Part shown: positions 16,291 to 29,154 of the stretch, one piece after another
Position numbering within the stretch: position 1 is the first letter of the stretch
Layout: every line of letters begins with the position of its first letter
Assembly: GCF_009914755.1 (NCBI RefSeq)
Contig: NC_060926.1
DNA from: the human T2T-CHM13v2.0 reference genome, Homo sapiens
Length of the DNA stretch: 64,000 nucleotides
Direction: 5' to 3' (one strand)
Position numbers and translations under genes: made by a program
Notes under the pieces: generated by a model
Databases searched by the model: none
Told to the model about the DNA's origin: nothing
Seen by the model: the letters and a program-made list of their open reading frames with translations, nothing else

Positions 16291-18279
16291 ACTGTATGAA
16301 TCTTTAAATTTACAGACATGGAAACGAGTCTTGTTTACTTATTGTAGTGCCCTTTGAACTGAGAAGGGCTCTGTCTTAAAGATTGTAAACACGCATCTAA
16401 CCAAGGTAAATATTCTCATAGAAGTAAGAAACACTAGGTTAATTCAGTGTATTACCTTATTTTGGCTTCCAGCTCATACAAAAATGAAAAACTCCCTAAT
16501 CTTATTCACCCACAGACACGTAGTGTGAAATTGGTGAGTGGCCTGTATAAGCAAGCTGATCACAGAGGTATATGTCTTGTTAAATATATCCATTTCATGA
16601 ATATCTTAATAGGAAAAAAGTCTGGGACTTTCAATGTCTGCTTTTCAAAAATGGAGAAATCTTACAGAGGTTACAGAAAACTTCACCAAATTAGCAGGCA
16701 TGCTACTATTTTGGGCATAAATCCTCAGCACCATGAGGTTTTAGGTAGGTCATAAATGGCATTAACACATTTTTTAGTTTTTGTTTTGGCTACTCATCTA
16801 AGAGACGTTGACAGAGGCTGAGATTGAAGAATGGAAACTCTGGAACAAATGTCTGATTTACATATCAACAGATTAAGGAATCAACATTTCAAAGCAGGAA
16901 TGACATAAGCCAGATATAATGTATGAAAAGGGTTTCATAACCTGTCTCATCTGAAAAATAGCATTTTGATTAAAAATCAGAAAGGATAATTGAAGTCATT
17001 TTTATATAAAAGGTGGGTGACAAGGAATGTTTGTCTGGCTTTTCAGGTATAGGGAGTATGGTTGCAAGGCTTTGTTGCCATCTAAATGTATCCTAAAAGA
17101 TTAAGTCAGAAATGCCAAAGTGAGAATGAATACATTGAATTAACTTTTTGACATTTTTAACAGAACCTCTTTACTGGGACCAGGGCTTAGATCAATCTTT
17201 TCCAAGGTCAGTAAAGTAGACTTCAGAAAATGATGCCAAGTAATTTAAATGGGAGAAGACTGATATATAGACATTCATCTTTTCTAGAGAAGAAGAATTT
17301 CCACATTAATTTTATATATCTTTAACACTTGAAAATGATTTGGGAGTTGCTTTTAATTTAATAATGTTAGACCAACACCTGTCCTTTGTAATGTGGAAGC
17401 AGATGAGAGTATCAAATTGTCTCCTGTTTCAGTACAAGGGTCTGACTTAGAGTGGCTACCATAGGAGAACAATTTGAAGTGAAGCATAAGGGTCTAGAAG
17501 GAAATATTGAGTTGCTGCATAAGGTGCTCATATTTTGACATTTTACCCTTAAGGACAGTTCAGAGCAAGAAAGTTATCTTTTTGTAATCTTTGTAGCCAT
17601 TTCAGTTCTCACTTCAATAGACATGAAAGCAAGGCTCTGGCCTTAATCCAAATAAACCAAACCATGTCAAAAGCAACACAATTCATGGAATTTGTATATA
17701 TTACAGTAGATTAATCTGGATAGGCAATGATGAACTGATATTACCGAAGTAGCAATTTGTATCCATTTCAGAAACATCTTAATAGGAAAAAAAACTCTAG
17801 GCCTTTTATTACTGATAAAAAGTACTACTGATATAGCAATTCATATATTACTAATGTAGCAATTCATATATATTTTATATTGGATTAGGATAACTAGGAT
17901 GTTAAATAGTGTTTCATTTTATTTTGTTCGTGTCCGCATTAGGACACCAATGAAAATGATACCAAATTATTTATTTTTATCTTCCCCCAACTAAAAAAAG
18001 CAAAAGCAGGAAGAAAAATGAAATAAAATAGAAAAACAAATCATATAAAGGGATATTAAGCTACTACTAGGTATATGAATCAAACAGAATGATTTCACGA
18101 TCCTTCACTGCTAGATTCCACAGAAAGGAGGTGGCAAGAGCTTATCTGAGATGTATAACCATACATTGCACATAAACATAAGGACAGTCGCTTAAGTGAA
18201 CAGAATCTGAAAGTGATCAAATTACATAATTAAAGATCTAATGGTTATAAGATACATGTAGAAACAATATGGTTTCAGG

Positions 18280-19970
18280 ATGTCAAGTAATTATATTTTA
18301 TAGAGATTAAACACATGAGAATAATTATGTTCTATCTATAAACACATCTTTACCACTGCTGATATTATTCATTCCTTTGTGTAAACATAAATTTCCCTCT
18401 GGTATTATTCCTTTTTTCTGAAAACATTTCTCTATCATTTCTTGATGTAAAGGTCTAAAGGCAAAGGATTATTTTAGCTTCTAATTCTTTGAAAGAGTCT
18501 TGTCTTTGAGGAAAGGAAATACACTGGTTATATGATTCTAGGCTGAATATATTCTTTCTTCTTTCAGGATTTTGAAGACATTGTTTTATTATCTTCTGTT
18601 TTGCATAGTTTCTAAGGAAAACTATGCTTTAACTTTATTCTTTATAAGTAATGTTTCCTCTCCCTGACTGCTTTTAAGATTTTCTCTTTGATCACTAGTT
18701 TTTAGCAATTTGTGCCTTTTATGCTTATTTTACTTGTGATTTATTTAACATTTTGGATATATGGTTTTAAATATTTTATCAAATTTGGAAAATTTCAACC
18801 ATTCCTTTTTCAAGTACAAGCCCGCCACAACACCCACCACCCCATGGTAGATCGCTGAATGTAGTCCCACAGGCTATGAATGTTCATAATATATAATTCA
18901 TAATATATACCATATATATTATATATATATGTAGAGAGAGAGAAATAAATTAGACATATAGATAGATCTATATATATACAGAAATACAATGATGTGATTG
19001 TCACTCTGCCAAATATTGTATACAATTACTCATGTGTAGGGGAAATTTGGGGGCCAGTAATGTATAATTAATTTTTTCCAGTCATTTCCCTTTCTTTGGC
19101 TCATTTTTAATAGCTTATATTCCTATGTCTTAGGGGTAATGTTTATTCTACACTGTGGAATCTGTTGTTAATTCCATCAGATTATTTTTCATTTCAGATA
19201 TTGTACATCATATCTCCAAAATTTTCATTTGTGTCTTTTTAAAAATATTCCCTTCTTCCTTTATGATGATCTCAGTTTCCTTTGCATTCTGAAAATATTC
19301 ACAATTTACAACAGCTGTTTTAAGGATATTGTTTACTAATTCTTTCATTTGAGTGTCTTTCTTAGTTGATTTATCCCCCTTCCACCCCCCACAACCCCAC
19401 ACAGTTACATCTCATATTTTCTTGCTCCTTTTTTTGGTTGGTAATTTTTATTAAATATAAGACATTGTGATTTACACTGCTGCACACTGGATTTTGTTGT
19501 ATTACTTCAAAGAATGTTGGACTTGCTTATGCATGCAGTTATTTTACTTGTGAATAAATTTGATCTTTCCAAGTCTTAACTGAAAGTTTTTTTAAACCAA
19601 TTCCAGAGCAGCATTTGCTTTGGGGATAAATTAGTTCTACTACTCACTGAAAGTCTCAATACTTTCTATATGAAACTAGCTTCTCTCTGACACTCTGGCC
19701 CACAAATTCTAGACGTCTTCAACTCTATAAGCTCTAATATCTATCTTTTCAACTTAGACTGCTCAGCTCCATTTGGACTTCCCCTCCTCACTCTGCAGCC
19801 AGAAAGAAAGAATGCAGTAAGCTCAGAAAATTATGGCAATTTTCTCATTTGTTTCTTTCCAACATTGCCTATTGTCTATTATCTGAAAACATTCGTCCGG
19901 TTTTCTAATTTCATGCAGCAGGAAGCCAATCCTCATAGCAGTTAATTCCGCATTGGCAGAAGTAAAAGGC
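18280..19970 (-). mobile_element. Old L1M (5'/ORF1-region) relic carrying a templated insert
   Basis: ctggttatatgattctaggctga, gactgcttttaagattttctcttt, atcaaatttggaaaattt motifs. Confidence 0.7.
18888..19068 (+). repeat. Local duplicate of 20890-21071
   Basis: Shares ctgccaaatatt, tacaattactca and gtgtaggggaaatttgggggccagtaatgtataa with the 20.9-21.1 kb region. Confidence 0.9.
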
Positions 19971-20187
19971 AAAACACTGTTTTCTAAAAGCTTTAGTTTT
20001 TTGTGTATTAACCAGACTAAAGCCAGTCCTAGCTTTTAACTACTCAGAATACAAAACAACACAAAACAAGAAAAACTCACCTTATATCCACACGATTTTT
20101 GTGTGATGCTTTAATTTTGAAATATTGTAATTACAAATGAATAATTCACAGAGATATTACCCATTGACAAGACTTCCAGAATAATGG

Positions 20188-20192
<5 letters not shown>

Positions 20193-20247
<55 letters not shown>

Positions 20248-20267
20248 TTATTTATATATATATATAT
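20193..20267. repeat. (TA)n microsatellite
   Basis: About 24 uninterrupted TA units plus TTTA interruptions. Confidence 0.95.
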
Positions 20268-20430
20268 TTGGAGAGTAAATTCTGGTCACTGTCAAAGCAG
20301 CACAGAGCAAATTAATCAGGAAGATTTACTAGGTATAAAAATGTTAAATGTATATAAACAATTAAAAATTATAATGTATCTTACATCATTTAATAAGTAA
20401 ATAAGAAAGGCATGAATTAAATTTTGAAAA

Positions 20431-20605
20431 CTAGCTTGGTATGGTAGCACACAACTATAGTCCCAGCTACTCTACTTGGAGGGCTGAGGTGAGAGAGTCA
20501 CTTAAGTGGAGGAGTTCAAGGCTGCAGTGAGCTGTGATGATACCACTGCATTCCAGCCTGGGTGAGAAATCAAAGCCCTGTCTCAAAAAAATAAAATAGA
20601 AAAAA
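20431..20605 (+). mobile_element. FRAM/AluJ right monomer
   Basis: tagtcccagctac...ggagttcaaggctgcagtgagctgtgat...ccctgtctcaaaa. Confidence 0.85.
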
Positions 20606-23600
20606 TTAGAAAAAAATTACTAATAAAATTAGAAACTATAATTATGTGATGACATACACATATTTTATGTATTATTACTTTCATATATATTGAACATTAT
20701 ATATTGGGCATTATACAATGTGGAGGAAAACCACTTGAGGTGGTCTTCAGCACATATTTTGATAAACGTGCATACACAAATACTTTGGCTGTGTGTGTAT
20801 CATATGCTTTAGGCTTGGCTTGTGGAATTTTATATATATATACACACACACTATATTTACATATATATAAAATATACATATGATATGGTATATATAATAT
20901 GAATATGATATATATCTACCATATATATTATATATATTTAGAGAGAGAGAGAGATCGATAGATAGATCTGTATATACATACAGAAATGCAATGTGATTTT
21001 CACCCTGCCAAATATTATCATATATACAATTACTCACGTGTAGGGGAAATTTGGGGGCCAGTAATGTATAACTTCTGTCTCAGCAAATTTTGCTGATTTC
21101 CTTGCCGTATGACCCAAGTGCTTTATGTCTTGTGCATAAGTAAATGCTGCTTATTTAACTGCATATAGGCATTCCAGATTCAAAGGATCCATCTCTATTG
21201 CTGATTACTTATGTTAGTTCTCAGCTTCACTATCTCTAATGTGGAGTATCGTGCTAGATTTTGCAGGATAAATTTTAATGGCCATTTGGACTCTACTTTC
21301 TTTCTGTTTCATGAGTACTATAATATTCAAATGTTTTCACTTTTGCCTTAGGATGTATAATACATATACAGAAAGCACACAAAACATAAAAAAACAGCTC
21401 TGTGAATTATCACAAAGCAAATACCCACATAGCTGCCAATCCCAGATCAAATATAGGAGATCGTCAGAAACTAGACATCTCCTTATAATCCTTCCCAATT
21501 TTATCCTTTTCTTTCCTCCCACAAAAAGGATATATTGGTCCTACTTTTAATAGCATACACATGGAATAATATAGCAAGCATGCTTTTGTGTTCAGCATAT
21601 TTTGCTCAGCGTTGTGTTTGTAAGATTTATCCATGTTCCTCTTTTCACTCACAAAATTTCCCAAATACACTTCTATTGTTATCAATCCAGAAATTTAAAA
21701 TTATTTTGCTGTGTTAAAAAGTGTTGCTCTTCTATCCAATTTAGTTTAACACTAAGTCATCATCATCAAGTCATATACTAACATATTTTAACATCTGTAA
21801 GGCAACATCCATTGTAAACAGCTTCATTATGCTATATGTCATTAAGAAAAGCTGTTAACTAAACTGTAAAATATTGATTTCAAATTACTTAAAATTTTCA
21901 TGATACATATGTAAAATCTCTTATAGATATATTCATATAGTGATGTTTTATTATATATCATCTTTGTGCAAACATAAAAAGGAAATTATAAGTATAATAA
22001 ATTGAAGAGATTCTAAGTTCTTAATATGCATGATTTAATGCTTCTTAATTATTAATTGTTTTCTTAGAGTTGGCAATGTCTAAAAGTTTTCATGCAGGAT
22101 CAAAGTCTGTGTTGTCTGAGGCATTTTGAATACAGCTTTTCTGCATTGTGCCACTTTCACTATTCTGCAAATTTAGATGCTGATATTTTCTTAATCTCCT
22201 AAGGTAAGTGTCAGGAAAGGTACTTGGAGAACAACCAAGATTCATATTTTTCTATAAGTGTCTTTAAATAGTTTTAAAACTGAAAAAGATGTGTTTTGGT
22301 TTTTCTGCTATATCATGTGCCACATGATCAAGTTTGCACATGTGCTTACAGTAGTAACTGTAATATCTGTCTCCTGACCAGTATTAAGTATAAATACTTC
22401 AATTATAGGGAGCAAACTGATTTCCTAAAGTGAAAAAAGTGCATCTAAGAATCAATAAAATATGAGTTAACTGACTTTATGTATATGGAAATAGATGGGT
22501 ACTCATATCATAATTTCAGGGTTTTTCAAATATCTTTAACCTTGAAATGTGCTCCTGGGTTATTTACAGTGACTCCAATTCTGTAACAATTGCTAGCTGA
22601 AGGCTTTGCGTTGTCCAATCTCTGGAAATTAAGTTTAAAACCTCTGTTAAAAAAATACAATTTAAGCTTTTATCATGTTTGACTATAGAGGTAATTAATC
22701 ATGCGCTAAAATGTGATAAAGAGTAATGTACCAGAAAACAGTGAACTTGATTTCCAGTGCTAGAGTCTTCTACATTTAAAAACATTTGTTTTCTTCAACC
22801 AGATTCATTTGTAAAATAAGAAAAGCAATAAATTTACTTTATAACATTAAGATAATAAAATGGAACAATTAATGTAAGGAGTTTAACCTACAGAAAATAC
22901 TTATTAAGCATTCACTGTTATTAGATATTATTAGATTTATAAGATTTATAATCTTGAACAAATCGCTTCATTTCTCTGAACCTTAACATTTTTTTGCAAA
23001 GCATAGAGAAGCTCATTTCTAAGTTACTTTCACAATTTTTAAATTTTTTATGACTCTAATTTTTAGGTAGTTTTTGGTTTCATAGTGATGGTGGTGGTGG
23101 TTATTGCTATAAAATGCCAAAAAATATATCGAAACTTGCAGGTAACAAGAAAATGCTGGATGCTTCAAAATAATCTTTTCTCTTATGACAGCTTTGAGGA
23201 GTAACTCTGTGAAGGGTGGAGGGTACTGTGTTGAATATTTACAAGGAGCAATACATGAGAGAATAATTGTATACTCGTAGGCTGCTCAGAAACTGGGTGG
23301 CTCCTTCTGAAATTGGCCAATGCAGCAAATAAAAATAAAAATCTAACCTGAAGTGTAGAGATTTAGAGACATGTAAGAATTTTTTACATGTTTGTCTAAA
23401 TTTCAGTTACACTCTTAGTATTTTAAGAAATACACCAAGATTGTAGGCTGGTAGGACTTTGCTGAATAAATTAGTACCATATTTAACTGTTTGGTGGGAA
23501 GGATTCACTTACCTGACCCCTACTAATTAATGAATTAATTGGGAAGGCATAATTTTTCTAAGTACTAACCACACATTTACCTTATCTTTATTATCTTTTT

Positions 23601-24788
23601 ATGCTAATCTCCAATGCAAATTCATTGTCATACTATTTATCAACCCAATCCATCTTCAGCTGATAGAATTATAAAAATAATATTTGGTGTCAGAGAGAGA
23701 AGCTTCAATGGAAAATAGAAATTTTGTTCTCTTAAGAATTCATTATAAACTTTTCATTTAAACTTAATTCCAAATTTGAAGTGAGCCAGAGTAGGAATTT
23801 GAATTGGAAACACGGTAATATCTTTGATCTAGCATCATATATAAATAAGCTGTTTTACGAAATTAATTTTCCATATACCTGAAGCTTATTGGCTTAAGAA
23901 CCAACACCTTTAGATTTCATAGTTTTGTATGAAAATATTTTATATTGCTTTATGTGATTGTGTGCTTTTAAAGATATTATATGGACTATCATTCTACCTT
24001 TTCTTAATGACTCCAGTAACTATAATGACTTACTCTTTCTTTTTTATTTTCAATCACATCATCATAGGCATTTTCTTTTGACTTTTGTTTATTTTACCTC
24101 CTCCTCTCCTCCTTTCTTCATTGGCTCTGCTGTCTGTGCCTAACTAACTATGTTGTTGTACTGCTTTTAGTTAGGTGTGACCTGTGAAAGCAAGCAATCA
24201 AGCTTGTTGTGGTTTTATGTTAAATTAACTTGGACAATAATATGCAAATTACTAAGGTCAGTTTGGGCTGGTTAATGAAGATAAGCAAGACATACTACCT
24301 GAGTTACTCGTCTCTGGAGGATGCTATGATTTTCTTTTTTTTTTTTTTGTATGTTGTGATGAAAGAAAAACTTCAGCCAAATTAAATGTAAAGCCCTTTT
24401 ATTGACCAAGAGACAAATCTTCAAAATCAAACAAATCATGAATCATTGAATTTTTATTTAAAGCAACTAAAAATTTCCATTAAATGAGCATAACTACATA
24501 CTTTGGGATTCTATATAACTGTATAAATTGTTTATACATTTAACTATAGTAATGTGCCAAAATAAGAATAATATGCCCTAAAGTATAATTAGGAAAAACA
24601 ATGATTTATAATTAGATAAGATACAGGTCAGTCAGATGCAATTTCACTGACATGACACGTTTCTCTATTAAATCATATAATATGGTAATGGACAGAATTC
24701 TAGATCTGAATACTATCTATTAATAAATTTATCATAAATACTGTACTCTGCATCAACAATAATAATTTTAATCAAGAAACTGCAAATA

Positions 24789-25122
<334 letters not shown>

Positions 25123-25469
25123 TTACAGTATCTTTCTGCTTCTTCCTGCTATTCCAATATCTCAGTTCCTTTTTATAATACTTTGAACTATACTAAACCT
25201 AAATATTATAAACAAGTTTCTCCTTCAAAACAGACCTTCTACCAGAAAACCTTTATGAAATACTTGCCCAATAAATAACTCAAGTTCATTAAGGGTTGGA
25301 TAGAGGAGTGTTAGGAAAAATAGCTAAAAAGATTCTTTAAGAGAGATGATAATGAGAAAAAAATTAAGAAACATTGACATATAATAGAAAAACTGAAATT
25401 GTCAGCTGCTTAACCTTGCCAAAATTTTTATAAAATACAGAACTGACTGCATTTTACATTATAAACTCA

Positions 25470-26710
25470 ACATGCAGTTATTCATTGCCCATGGTGCACT
25501 ATATACTGGGAATAAAGCTTGGAAAAAAATGGTAAAGGTTCTTTTGCAGCTTACAATTTAGTAGTAAGACAAAAATTTATACATAAATACAAAATTTATG
25601 TAATATCAGATATTTATATGGGCCGTTAACATATGAAAAGCTACTTTAAAGATTCTGAGTTCATAGTATTTATTTAATTAAACAATGTTATTGGGCACTT
25701 TCTGTGTGTCCACACTGAACTAGATAATATGTAAACAAACACAAGAGTTACATTTCTGCCTTAATGGAGCTTACAATTTAGTAGAAAAGACAGACAATAA
25801 CTTTAGCAAGGCTGCCATTTGTCTTCCACTGTTTATTCTCACCTTCTGCTTTACCTTTGAGTTATCTTGGCATGTGGCCACCAAGCTAGACTGCTCTTCC
25901 CAACCTTTCTCTCAGCTAGCTGTGACCACACAGTTAAGTTTTAGCCAATGGGATGCAAGTAGAAATAGTGGCTATAGCTTCCAGTATTAAACTCTTTGCT
26001 TCCACCTACTTATTTTCCCCTTGTTTGAGAGCAGGATATTGGTGAAAAATGAAACTGTCTTGAATTCCAAGATTAAAAACTACATAAGGAAGTTTGCAGA
26101 GCCTCTGCTCCAGATCAAAATCATTTACCTCTGGTTTGTTTTGTGAGTGAGAAAACAAATTCTATCTCTTGCAAGCTACTGAATGGCAGGGTCAAGTTTT
26201 TGTTATTGCTTGTTTTTTAATAGCAACTATGTTTGTATCCTAATACACACAACTCTGAATTGTGTTAAATGTTATAAAGAAGAGAACATGGTGATTGAGA
26301 GAAAAATAGTAGGAGGTAACTACTTAAGATTAGGAAATTAGGCCCCTCTAAGAAAGTAAATTTAACTTGACATTTAAAGAATAGGAGTTAGCGTATGAGG
26401 GCAGGTATGCAAAGTTCACACAGTAGAAGGGATTAGGGACATTTTAGGAATCTCTGAAAGTTCAAAATGGGTACAACTAAGAAATAATGTGCCAGGCAGG
26501 TGAAGGACAAGGCTGGAGATAGACCATGTACATCTTAAAAAGTGTTTCCATTTACTCAAAGTGTCAGGGGCAAGAAGTAAAATGTCATGATTTTGTTGCC
26601 ATTTTTTAAAGAGCTACCTGACTTATGAATTGTAGAATGTGCATTGCTTGCAACCAAAGTGGAAGTGAGAAGATCAGTTAGGAGAGTTTTTGATGTAGGT
26701 CAGAGATGTT
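25470..26710 (-). mobile_element. L2 relic interrupted by an MLT1-type LTR (~25805-26247)
   Basis: tattgggcactttctgtgtgtc...ctgccttaatggagcttacaatttagtag (L2 3' end); internal agttttagccaatgggatgcaagtagaa...taataca (MLT1J-like). Confidence 0.65.
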
Positions 26711-26714
26711 GGTG

Positions 26715-27077
26715 TGTATTAGTCGGTTCTCATGCTGCCAATAAAGACTTACCCGAGACTGGGTAATTTATAAAGGAAAGAAGTTTAATTGACTCACAGT
26801 TCCACATGGTTGGTGAGGCCTCACAACCATGGCAGAAGGCAAAGGAGGAGCCAAGTCACATATTGCATGGTGGCAAGCAAGAGAGAGAGCACGTGCAGTG
26901 GAACTCCCCTTTATAAAACCATAAGATCTTGTAAGACTTATTAACTATCATGAGAACAGTATGGGAAAGACTTGCCCCCATAATTCAATTACCTTCCACC
27001 GGGTTCCTCCTGTGACACGTGGGAATTACAAGAGCTAAAATTCAAGATTTGGGTGGGGATAGAGTTAAACCATATTA
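26715..27077 (-). mobile_element. THE1B-like solo LTR
   Basis: tgtattagtcggttctcatgc...aaccatatta; 5-bp TSD tggtg at 26710-26714 and 27078-27082. Confidence 0.92.
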
Positions 27078-27454
27078 TGGTGCCTTTAAAGACACTTTTA
27101 TAACATATTATGTATGAAAAGTCCACTTTTGGGAGGCTTGAATCTTTTAAAATACTAAAATATAAATTGGCAGACTCATCAAAAAATTCGATCTTGCTTC
27201 TCTTTAGATCAGTCGTAAATGCTACTACATGTGCCTTCACTCGCTGATGATACATGACTCCCCTTTGGTAGTTCCCTGACATTACTAATATTATACTATA
27301 ACATTGCTGTTCTGACTTACAGTAATTAAGCTTCTGGTTTTTCCTGTTTGTTTTTCCAAATTGAATCGCCTTTCAAGGCAATCAGGCACTCTTTCTATTA
27401 AACCATCACTGTATACAAAAAACAAACACGCACTAAGAGCATGTAAGAATAGAA

Positions 27455-28218
<764 letters not shown>

Positions 28219-28703
28219 CACTAGCAAGTCAATTGTTAGGGTCATTTCAGGTATTTTTAGATTAATGTCTTCAATAACACAAGAAACAGTGATGCTGATC
28301 TTTAAGGAAAGGTAATAAAGAATTGTAACTGAAGAAGAATAGTCCTGTCAGTTTCCCTTCTACAGTCTATATATGATAAATTTAATCTAGAGTGTGAGCA
28401 AATACATTAAAGGAACTTTGGCTTCTGAATACTTAGGCTCAGCAGGATTTTTTCCCAAACTTTCTCAGGGAATTATATGACTAGTATTAATGAAACTATT
28501 TTTGTAAATATACTTTTAACATTCAAGTTTGTTATATGTGAGACAAATTTAAATGGATATCAAACAGTACTAAATATAAAAATATTTATTGCAAAGTTTA
28601 AGTCTTTGGAGATCTGAACTATTATTTCATCAGTCCCTGTTAGCTCTATGGTGAATGTATACATGGCTACTATTTCTACACTCACTGAAATGGGGTAGGT
28701 GAG

Positions 28704-29134
28704 TGTTAAAGCAAACTAAATATGGCCTGAGAAGGACTCCGTACTTCTATATTTGAGTGCTGGTGGATGAACTGTAACCTAGCTTAATAGGCAGACAAGA
28801 TTGAAAACCTAATTTAGGATTATGTGCCTGTAACAATAGCTGAGTCTTGGCCAATCCCAGTGGCCACACTTCAACCACTCATAGACTTGTAAGTGTTCAA
28901 ACTGTGTTCAAATAAGCCAAACACCAACCTGTAACCCATTCAGCTTTTTCTGTATCTCACTTTCGATTTCTCTACGCCATTTACCTTTTATTGTCTATAA
29001 ATTTGTTCTGACCACAGGCATCTCTGTAGTCTCTCTGAATCTGATGATATTCTGGGGGCTGCCCAGTTTGTGAATTGTTCATTGCTCAATTAAACTCCTT
29101 TAAATTTAATTTGGCTAAAGTTTTTCTTTTAACA
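28704..29134 (+). mobile_element. 5' LTR (MER57A1-like)
   Basis: tgttaaagcaaactaaatatggcctgagaagg...attaaa...cttttaaca. Confidence 0.9.
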
Positions 29135-29136
29135 GA

Positions 29137-29154
29137 TGGTGTCAGAAGTGGGTT
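29137..29154 (+). promoter_or_regulatory. Primer-binding site, tRNA-Leu
   Basis: tggtgtcagaagtgggtt, 2 nt after the LTR; 17/18 complementary to the tRNA-Leu 3' end (ATCCCACTTCTGACACCA). Confidence 0.85.

Noticed and set aside
16318-16407. Possible exon ending at CAAG|gtaaat
   Set aside because: Stops in the frames examined, weak acceptors and no other support
25545-25800. Repeated agcttacaatttagtag..agaca motif
   Set aside because: Explained by L2 3'-end fragments
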